A DNA stretch of 64,000 nucleotides from an uncultured Pseudomonadota bacterium (GTDB taxonomy: Bacteria; Vulcanimicrobiota; Vulcanimicrobiia; Eremiobacterales; Eremiobacteraceae): contig CAVTNB010000001.1 in assembly GCA_963736005.1 (NCBI GenBank), positions 576,001 to 640,000 of the forward strand, read 5' to 3'. Below the pieces are notes generated by a model. That model did no database searches and had not been told where the DNA came from. It saw only the letters and a program-made list of their open reading frames with translations. The translations under genes and the position numbers were made by a program. Within the stretch, counting starts at the first letter, position 1. The number at the start of each line of letters is the position of its first letter. Below are positions 8,825 to 16,518 of this stretch, piece by piece.

Positions 8825-9850
8825 TCAAGGCAAAACCCGGTAGCGTGCTTCCATCCCCGCCATCAGGTGGCTTTGGACGTGGCAATGAAGCAACCAGACG
8901 CCCGGGTTGTCCGGGATCATGTCGGCGACCGCGATCTCGTCGATCTCCACCTGGAAAGCGTCGGTGCGCATCCCATTTTGCAACAACGTCTGGCCGTGCC
9001 AGTGCGGTGCGTGCGCGTCGAACCCGCTGCGCGTGACGATGACGTACCAGCGAGTCCGCTCGCCTTCGCGCACGGTGACCATCGGCATGGTGCCATAGCT
9101 GTAGCCATCGATGGTGAAGAATACGTTGGCGAACTGGAAGTTCGGCGCATGGCTTCCAACGTGTCGCGGATTGAGTTCCGGATCCGCGATGTTCGCACCG
9201 ACGAGGCGGCTCTGGCTCTCGTCCATCATAGCGAAGAGGATGGGCACTTCGCGGTCGACATCCGAGGGAGTTCCGTCGGGCCTCGCTGACCCTCGCCTGG
9301 TCACGATGACCGCTCCGATCATACCGGTGTTTTCGTCCCTATTCTCGGCGACCGGACTGTAGTAGCGCCACGCGATCGAGCTGCCATCGTTCACCCCGGG
9401 GCCCGAGCTCGCCGGAACGTGCCAAACATAGGTGTGCCGCCCGCCCGGTGCCACGACCGAGGATGAGCCCGCCAGCCCCGCAACTGCCATTGCGGCCGGT
9501 AATGGGGAATTGTTCTTGAATCGCACCACGAGCGTGTCTCCCACGACTGCGTGCATGGTCGGACCGAGCAGGCCCTGATAGGCGTCCGAGGCCGGCACCG
9601 GCACGCGCTTGGTGAACGACGCGTCCGTGTACGCTCGATACATGACCTTTCGAAACCGCCATCCCAGCGCGCCTGGGGGTAACGAGGGCAAAGGGCCGCC
9701 TGCAATCTGATCCTGACCGCCCGGTGCGTAATTCCAAACCACCTCATCCGCCGCGATGTAGTACGTGCGGATTGCCGCCTGGGCAGGTGCCGCGTAGATC
9801 AGGGCCGCGCCCAACAGTATCGCGGCAGTGGTTACAGACGCAGCCCTCAC
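8825..9850 (-). CDS. Two-domain multicopper oxidase, chain C (domain-2 ligands intact, domain-1 His lost)
   Basis: GTGA overlap start; signal peptide ending AQA; RTYYIAADE; HAPHWHG and HCHVQSHLMAGM intact; AVAG and YYSP replace HxHG and YHSH. Confidence 0.9.
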   Translation of the reverse strand: MRAASVTTAAILLGAALIYAAPAQAAIRTYYIAADEVVWNYAPGGQDQIAGGPLPSLPPGALGWRFRKVMYRAYTDASFTKRVPVPASDAYQGLLGPTMHAVVGDTLVVRFKNNSPLPAAMAVAGLAGSSSVVAPGGRHTYVWHVPASSGPGVNDGSSIAWRYYSPVAENRDENTGMIGAVIVTRRGSARPDGTPSDVDREVPILFAMMDESQSRLVGANIADPELNPRHVGSHAPNFQFANVFFTIDGYSYGTMPMVTVREGERTRWYVIVTRSGFDAHAPHWHGQTLLQNGMRTDAFQVEIDEIAVADMIPDNPGVWLLHCHVQSHLMAGMEARYRVLP

Positions 9851-10923
9851 GGCCGCACCGTGTAGCGCCCGGTCATGCCCGCGTCGAAGTGTATGTTCAA
9901 GTCGCAATTGAGCATCCATACTCCCGGATTTTCCGGCACCATGTCCGCGACTCTCGTATCGCCCGGACCTAGCGGGAGCGTGTTCGAGCGTTGGCCGTTG
10001 GCGAGCACCGTCTGTCCGTGCCATGTGGGGAAGTGAAAGTCGAAATCGCTCATCGTCGTCATTAGATACCACCTGACTCGCTGGCCTTTTGTCATGGTGA
10101 GCATGGGCAGATTCCCGAATAGGAAGCCGTTGATCGTGAAGAACTGGTTGGCGCCTTGAAACTGCGGTGCTGATGCGGAGATGTGGTGCGGATTGGTCGA
10201 TGCACCTACCAGATTTTCCGATACCAGGCGGCTTTGGCTCTCGTCTATCTCCGAGAACATCGTGACGAACTCGGCATCGATATCCTTGGGTGATCCATCG
10301 GGGCGCGCCATGCCACGCCGCGTGATGATGATCGGGCCCACAGGGCCGGTGTTCAGGTCGCGCACGTCATCGGTGTGCGAATAATACATCCACACGATCG
10401 AACTTGGATCCGCCGGACCGGGCCCCGAGCGCTCCGGCACCGTCCAGGTGTAGGTGTACACGCTGCCGGGGGCAACCGCGCCACCGCGCTTATCCGATCG
10501 CGGAGCGTGGTCGCTATATGGCGCTCCTTCCGACGCTTTGCTGTACTCGACGCCTCCTGGATAGACGCTCAGGTGCAAGCTGGTGTTGTTCTTGAACACT
10601 ACGACGATCGTGTCGCCCACCACAGCGCGGATGATCGGGCCTAGCACGCCGAGGTACGCATCTGCCGGTCCGCGCCTTTTGAGATGACGAAACGTTCTGT
10701 CGGTATACGCACGGTAGAGCGCCTTGTGATAGCTCCAGCCCAGTTGCGGCGGCTCGACTGCGGGCAGTGCGGTGCCCGTGATGAGGTCGCGCCCGCTCGG
10801 TGCGAAGTCCCAGAGCACGTCGTCAGCGGCGATATAGTACGTGCGGACGGCGGCATTGCATGGCACTGCCCCCAACAGAACGATAGCGGCGATCAACGCT
10901 GCTTGTGCGGCGCGGGTGATCAC
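9847..10923 (-). CDS. Two-domain multicopper oxidase, chain B (T1 site only)
   Basis: GTGA overlap start; signal peptide ending CNA; YPGG, YYSH, HFPTWHG, NCDLNIHFDAGM. Confidence 0.9.
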   Translation of the reverse strand: MITRAAQAALIAAIVLLGAVPCNAAVRTYYIAADDVLWDFAPSGRDLITGTALPAVEPPQLGWSYHKALYRAYTDRTFRHLKRRGPADAYLGVLGPIIRAVVGDTIVVVFKNNTSLHLSVYPGGVEYSKASEGAPYSDHAPRSDKRGGAVAPGSVYTYTWTVPERSGPGPADPSSIVWMYYSHTDDVRDLNTGPVGPIIITRRGMARPDGSPKDIDAEFVTMFSEIDESQSRLVSENLVGASTNPHHISASAPQFQGANQFFTINGFLFGNLPMLTMTKGQRVRWYLMTTMSDFDFHFPTWHGQTVLANGQRSNTLPLGPGDTRVADMVPENPGVWMLNCDLNIHFDAGMTGRYTVRP

Positions 10924-12011
10924 GGCAGCACCGTGAAGCGCGCCGTCATGCCAGCCTCGAGATGGACGGCCAGGCTGCAATCGAACAGCCACACGCCGGG
11001 ATTGTCCGGCACCATGTCCGCCACTTTCATATCCATGGGGCCGAGCATGATGGTGTTCGCCCGCTGGCCATCGTACAGCACGGTCTGTCCATGCCAGGTC
11101 GGCGCATGGAAATCGTTATCGTCCATTGACGCGAGCAAATACCAACGGACGCGCTCGCCCCTTTTCATCGTGAGCATGGGAAGGTTTCCATAGTCAAACC
11201 CGTTGATGGTGAGGAACTGGTTGGCTGCCTGTAACTTGGCCGCCGAACCGGTCACGTGTTGCGGATTCGTCACGGGGTCCACGAGATTCGCGTGGAGCAA
11301 ACGGCTCAGGCTTTCGTCCATTTGCGCGAACATCGTGATGAATTCGACATCAACGTCCTTCGGTGATCCGTCGGGGCGCGCCATGCCGCGCCTCGTGACG
11401 ATGATCGGTCCGATCGGGCCGGTGTCCATGTCGCGGGTTTCATTGGTGTGCGAATGGTACATCCAGATGATCGAGCTCGGGTCCATAGGTCCAGGCCCGG
11501 AGCGCTCCGGCACCATCCACGTATAGGTATGTCTACCACCAGGTGGCACGGCGTCATCCCACTTGTCAGCGTGCGACGTTTCATCGCGATACAACGCACC
11601 CTCCGACGCTTTGTCGTACTTCATGCCGTGCGCGTGCAGACTCAAGTGCAGCCGCGTGTTGTTCTTGAACACCGCGATGATCGTATCGCCAACCTCGGCA
11701 CGGATCACGGGTCCGAGCAAACCGAGATATGCGTCCCGGGGTGCTCGCGCCTTGAGGTGGCGAAAGCTCGCGTCCGTGTACTCCCGATAGATCGCTTTGT
11801 GGTAGATCCAACCCAGCTGCAACGGTTGTCGCGGCGGCAGCGCCTTGCCCGCGACGAGGTCCTGCCGGCTCGGCGCGAAGTTCCACAGCACCTCGTCAGC
11901 TGCGATGTAGTACGTGCGTACGGCTGCCTGGGCGGCTGTCGCACTCGCTACCAGTAGGCCGGCGGCGATCGCAGCCATTCCCAGCGCCATTGTCATGCTC
12001 CAGCGTCTCAC
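10920..12011 (-). CDS. Two-domain multicopper oxidase, chain A (domain-1 His intact, domain 2 T1 only)
   Basis: GGAGG SD then GTG at 12011; signal peptide ending AQA; HAHG and YHSH intact; HAPTWHG and DCSLAVHLEAGM. Confidence 0.9.
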   Translation of the reverse strand: MRRWSMTMALGMAAIAAGLLVASATAAQAAVRTYYIAADEVLWNFAPSRQDLVAGKALPPRQPLQLGWIYHKAIYREYTDASFRHLKARAPRDAYLGLLGPVIRAEVGDTIIAVFKNNTRLHLSLHAHGMKYDKASEGALYRDETSHADKWDDAVPPGGRHTYTWMVPERSGPGPMDPSSIIWMYHSHTNETRDMDTGPIGPIIVTRRGMARPDGSPKDVDVEFITMFAQMDESLSRLLHANLVDPVTNPQHVTGSAAKLQAANQFLTINGFDYGNLPMLTMKRGERVRWYLLASMDDNDFHAPTWHGQTVLYDGQRANTIMLGPMDMKVADMVPDNPGVWLFDCSLAVHLEAGMTARFTVLP

Positions 12012-12259
12012 AACCGGTTCCTCCCCGTGCGGAAAAGCTATCTGGAACAAGGATAGCACCCCGCCGTGCGACCCGCGTGCGGACCTGCGGAGCTAGGGTA
12101 GAGATACGGAAATGCCTTGCGGCCGCCGGATCAAGATTTGCCGGAAATGTGCCACAAACGCCATCTTTCGCATTCCCAGCGCGACGGCAAACTCCAGGCA
12201 AGACGCGCATAGCCTTAATCCCGGACTGAGGTGGGCCGTCTCATCCGGCTCGGATGTCC

Positions 12260-12460
12260 TCACAGCGATCCCTTTCGTGACGAGCCGGTACCCATTTGAA
12301 GCCTGATGAAGTCCGCGACCTCACCCGCACTGCCGACAAAAAGCCGTCGCCCGGAAGACACGTGCTGTACCGACCCACGGAGTTGCGTGGTTTCAGTCCC
12401 ATGCTCAAGCCACATCCGCACCAGGAACACGTGCTCATTGCGCCCGTCGTCGCTGCTCAA
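12260..12460 (-). CDS. Small hypothetical protein (66 aa)
   Basis: GGAG SD then TTG at 12460; FLVRMWLE...RGSVQHVSSGRRLF...VADFI. Confidence 0.65.
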   Translation of the reverse strand: MSSDDGRNEHVFLVRMWLEHGTETTQLRGSVQHVSSGRRLFVGSAGEVADFIRLQMGTGSSRKGSL

Positions 12461-12480
12461 ACAGATTCTCCGGTCGGCTG

Positions 12481-15400
12481 CTACCGCTTCTTGCGCCGTC
12501 GAACCTGAGTATAGCGCACGGGCGCGCCGTGGGCGTACGCGGGCCATTCTCCCCGGTCGCCCGCGGCGACGATTTCACGGTTAAGGGGGAGCGCGAAAAA
12601 CGCGGCTCGCGTCTTGGCGTCCGCCACCCTATTGGCGAAGTTCTGCATGGTCGTCACCGCGTTCTGAAGATGGAGCTTCGCTTGCGCCTTATCGGCGTTA
12701 GCCTGGCAGACGATCGCCGCTGCCCAATAGCAATAGTGTGGCCAGAAGGCGCCATCCGCGCTCTTGCCGGCGATTTTCAGCAAAGTATCTGCGGTCGCCC
12801 GGGCCTTGACTAGGTCGCCCGTCTGGACGTAGCACACCGCAAGGTCGCAATAGTCGTCCAGTAGGTCCGTCGGCTCGAGCACAGCTTGGCGCAGCGCGAG
12901 TCCCTGCTCCAGGTGCCGCACGCCGGCGTTCACCTGGCCGCTCATGCGTTCGGCATTGCCGAGATTTGCAAGCGCTGCCCCCTCGAAAAGTGGGAACTTG
13001 ACCTCCCGCGCGATCTGGAGAGCCTCGGTCGCGAGTCGCACTGCGCCGTCGGTATCGCCTTGCAGTAAACGATTGAGACTCATATTGACTTTGGTCACCG
13101 CGAGAGGGCGACGGTCACCCGTCCGTTCCGTGATTTCGAGGACGCGAGCGCCCAACTGATCCGCCTCTTGGAGCAGCCCGAGCCGCAACGCGAGCACAAA
13201 ATGGTTGGCCACCACGTGTGAGGTGCCGCGCAGGTTGCCGATGGACTGCATTGCCTCCGCAGCCTGCGCAAATAACCCGCGTGCCGCCTCGAAGTCTGAT
13301 TGAAACGTCGCGATGGTCGCGAGACGCTGCAATGCGTGTGCTTCTTCTTCTCGGTCGCCGATCGAGCGGCTCAGCGCAAGGTCCTCATGCGCGAGCTCGG
13401 CTGCATCGCCGATACGGTGTTGCTGCAACGCCGCGATCGTGGCAGTCGAGATCGCGCGCAGGATCAAGGTCTTGGCGGGGTGCTCGGCAGTCCGGCTCCG
13501 TAAGGTCGCAAGCAATTGTCGTGACTGCTCGCCATGACCCGCGGCGGTTGCGATTTCGACGAGCATGGCGAGCGTCTCGACCTGGCCGTCGTTGTCGCCG
13601 AGGTTTTGATACAGCTCGAGCGCCGCCTTCGCCGGCTTTTCGGCCTGTGCATGACTCGTCAACCAGACGAGGTGTTCCGCCCTCGCAAAGAGTGCCTTCG
13701 CGCGCCGGTGCGGATCGCTGCTGACCGCTGCCCGGCGTTCGAGCTCTTCGACCGCGCTAGCCTGCTTTTCGCGATCGCCCAGGCTCCGCTGCAGTTGCAG
13801 CGTGCGCAGCAACGTCTGCCAAGAAAGTTCGTCATCACCGTTTTGTTCGCTCAGCGCGCGAAGGACCTCGATGTCAGCGGCTTGCGCTTCACGCTCCCCG
13901 AGCTTTCCAAAGGCCTGCTCTCGCAGCAGCAACGCCTGCGACCGCGTTTGGTCGTTGTTCGCCAAAGCGAGAGCTTTGGTCGCGTGTGCGATCGCTTCGT
14001 GGTTTGCGAACAACGCAGCGGCGTGAGCTGCCGCAGCGAGATACTGCGTAGCCGCCCGCGCCCCGTCGCCGCCACGCTCCCAGTGCAGCGCACGATCCGC
14101 CGCGGCGAATCCGCCTGCGTCCGAGGGTTGCGCTTCGAGCAATTGCGCGATGCGGCGATGCCGGCGCGTGCGCAACGGTTGAGCCACCATTTCATAGATG
14201 GCCTCTTGGATGAGATGGTGGGTGAATGCGTAGTCGTAGCGCCGCCGTACCCCTGCCTCGCGCACGAGGTGCCGGTCCATCAACTCGTTGACGCCGTCGA
14301 GAATCGCGGCCTCGCTCGCACCCGCGACCTCGCGGATAAGGTCGACGTCAAAGCCGTGGCCCACGATCGCAGCTACCTGCGCTATCTCGCGACCTTCCTC
14401 GCTCAGCGATGCGAGGCGCGCAGCGATCGTCGCGTGTAGGATGTCGCCGCTTGTCCGACGTGCGTCACCGCGAGCCGGCCCTCCCTCGACTTCACGCACG
14501 ACGTCGCGCAGCGCCTCGGTGAGAAAAAGCGGATTGCCTTCGCTGCGTTCAAACCCAAGCCGCGCCATTTCCGGACCCTTGCCGGCCGGGATCGGCATCC
14601 GTTCGACGATGTCAATGACGTCCGCCTGCGACAGCCGCTTGAGCGTGAGCGTGTTCGCCAATTGTTCGCCGCGCAGTTCTTGCAGCACCGCACGCAGGGG
14701 ATGCGCCCGGCCTGCCTCTTCTTCTCGATAGGTGCCCACCAAGAGCACTGCGCTCTTGGCAAGCCGGCGCGCGAGAAAGGCGATCGCTGCGAGCGTGTCG
14801 GCTCCAGCCCAGTGCAGATCTTCGAAGATCATTAAGAGCGGACGCGGCAACGCCATGGCGGAGATAGCCGATGCCGCTGCGTCGAGCAAGCGGGCCTGCT
14901 CTCGGCTTGGATCGACTGAGGGTATTTCCGGCAGGTCCGCTCTCCGGATGGCCAAATCGGGGATGAGCTGGGCGATGATCGCCAGTCGCAGCGGGTCGAG
15001 ATTGAGAGTCGCCACGTACGGCAGGCTGTAACGCAGCGCTTCAACGATGCATTCATACGGGAAACGCTCGGGGCAGGTGGTCACGCCGACACAGACTCGT
15101 CCCCCTTCGGACTCGACCGATCGGGCGAGCTCCGCCACGAGGCGCGACTTGCCGATGCCGGCTTCGCCCGCGACGAACATGAGGCTGCCGTTGCCCCGTG
15201 CGGACCGCATCCAGAGCGCGCGCAGTTGCTCGAGTTCGCCGTGGCGGCCGGCGAAGGGCAGGCCCTCGTTTGCCTCCCGAGCCGCGGAACCCTCAGGCAT
15301 CGCACCCGAGCCAAGCGACGCCGGCAGCGGCGCATTGCGCACGATCGCGTCGCGAACGACGAGCGTTTCCGGCATCGGCTCCACGCCAAGTTCCGCTTTC

Positions 15401-16050
15401 AATCGCTTCGCAAACACCTCGAATGTCGCAATCGCCCCGGCGGCATCGCCCGACTCGTAATGACACGCCATGGTCAGGCGCACGATATCTTCGCGCCATG
15501 GGTCTGCAGCGAGCAATCGCGCGGCGTACTCCAACGCGCGGGCGAACTTGCGGTCGTCACGATAACGCGCGATGAGCGTGCTTAGGTCGGTGAAATAGAG
15601 CGCGCGTAATCGCTCGCGATACGAGACGACCCAGTCGTCGTAGCTGTCTGCCAAGAGATCGCCGGCATATACGTCGACCGCCTCCGCGCAGGTACCCGGA
15701 TCGGCGCTGAGCCGTTCGAAGTCTGCAACGTCAAGCCGCATGGCGTCATCGACGTGCCAGCGCAGCATGTCACCGTCGGCGCGTATCCATGGCTCGCCGG
15801 ACGGCGTCGGCGGGAGCGTCTTATTCAGCAGATACACGTAGCGGCGGAGTTCGGCCAGGGCGACCTCTTCGGTCGCATCCGCCCACAAAGTGAACGCGAG
15901 CGTGTTCCGCGAGATCTGTTGCTCGCGATGCAGGAGGAGATATGCGGCCAGCGGTATGGTCGCAGCGCGTTTCGGCAACTTGATGGTCGCGCCCGCTGAC
16001 GCGATTTGCGGATGACCCAGCAGGCGGATATCGAGTTTCGCCTCGTCCAT
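12481..16050 (-). CDS. SARP/BTAD-family transcriptional regulator with AAA ATPase and TPR domains
   Basis: IRLLG wHTH start; BTAD (DPWRED...LGVEPMPET); Walker A GEAGIGKS; FEDLHWA; SEGNPLFL; FTHHLIQEAIY; TPR tail. Confidence 0.9.
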   Translation of the reverse strand: MDEAKLDIRLLGHPQIASAGATIKLPKRAATIPLAAYLLLHREQQISRNTLAFTLWADATEEVALAELRRYVYLLNKTLPPTPSGEPWIRADGDMLRWHVDDAMRLDVADFERLSADPGTCAEAVDVYAGDLLADSYDDWVVSYRERLRALYFTDLSTLIARYRDDRKFARALEYAARLLAADPWREDIVRLTMACHYESGDAAGAIATFEVFAKRLKAELGVEPMPETLVVRDAIVRNAPLPASLGSGAMPEGSAAREANEGLPFAGRHGELEQLRALWMRSARGNGSLMFVAGEAGIGKSRLVAELARSVESEGGRVCVGVTTCPERFPYECIVEALRYSLPYVATLNLDPLRLAIIAQLIPDLAIRRADLPEIPSVDPSREQARLLDAAASAISAMALPRPLLMIFEDLHWAGADTLAAIAFLARRLAKSAVLLVGTYREEEAGRAHPLRAVLQELRGEQLANTLTLKRLSQADVIDIVERMPIPAGKGPEMARLGFERSEGNPLFLTEALRDVVREVEGGPARGDARRTSGDILHATIAARLASLSEEGREIAQVAAIVGHGFDVDLIREVAGASEAAILDGVNELMDRHLVREAGVRRRYDYAFTHHLIQEAIYEMVAQPLRTRRHRRIAQLLEAQPSDAGGFAAADRALHWERGGDGARAATQYLAAAAHAAALFANHEAIAHATKALALANNDQTRSQALLLREQAFGKLGEREAQAADIEVLRALSEQNGDDELSWQTLLRTLQLQRSLGDREKQASAVEELERRAAVSSDPHRRAKALFARAEHLVWLTSHAQAEKPAKAALELYQNLGDNDGQVETLAMLVEIATAAGHGEQSRQLLATLRSRTAEHPAKTLILRAISTATIAALQQHRIGDAAELAHEDLALSRSIGDREEEAHALQRLATIATFQSDFEAARGLFAQAAEAMQSIGNLRGTSHVVANHFVLALRLGLLQEADQLGARVLEITERTGDRRPLAVTKVNMSLNRLLQGDTDGAVRLATEALQIAREVKFPLFEGAALANLGNAERMSGQVNAGVRHLEQGLALRQAVLEPTDLLDDYCDLAVCYVQTGDLVKARATADTLLKIAGKSADGAFWPHYCYWAAAIVCQANADKAQAKLHLQNAVTTMQNFANRVADAKTRAAFFALPLNREIVAAGDRGEWPAYAHGAPVRYTQVRRRKKR

Positions 16051-16462
16051 CAGCGCTGTCCGCAACGATTCTTCGGACGCCAGCCCGACATGGCTGACCA
16101 CGGAACGCTGGGATCGTGCACGACGATGAAGAGCGCATCCCGCCGGTCTGGCCCGAGTATGTCAGCCGCATCGGGGTGCCCATAGGCTCGAACATAGAAT
16201 GCTTCGCTGATATCATCTTCACTCCGCGCTGCGTTTCGACGCACTGAGCGCCACTCACAAGGTACCACGCGTCCGGCCCCGGGTGCACGTGCACACGGGT
16301 GATGCCGTTGAAGCCAACCCCTTCTCCGACGAGCAATTCGAGCGGTCTGCAGGTCGGCAATGGCAATGCACCAACTTCAGCAACAAACTTCGCACCTGAG
16401 AGTGCCCACTCTTGCGTCCAAGGGTCATCAGGAGGATCCGCTTGTCTCCAATAGCACCGCAT
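16050..16462 (-). pseudogene. Cupin-domain protein, truncated and frameshifted
   Basis: HVHPGPDAWYLVSGAQCVET...GTPMRL continues in another frame near 16160 as RRDALFIVVHDPSVPW. Confidence 0.6.
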
Positions 16463-16518
16463 GCTTCGGCTGTCAATCGAAGTTTCTGACGACCATTTGA
16501 ACGGCGAACTGCGTGCTT

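Noticed and set aside
8825..12011. The three MCO ORFs are one six-domain gene broken by sequencing frameshifts
   Set aside because: Each ends at the homologous position (VLP/VRP-stop) and the next begins with a full signal peptide through a GTGA overlap, so they are separate genes
8825..12011. MCO A and B are decaying pseudogenes
   Set aside because: The ORFs are intact, T1 ligands are kept in all three, and the His losses are complementary rather than random
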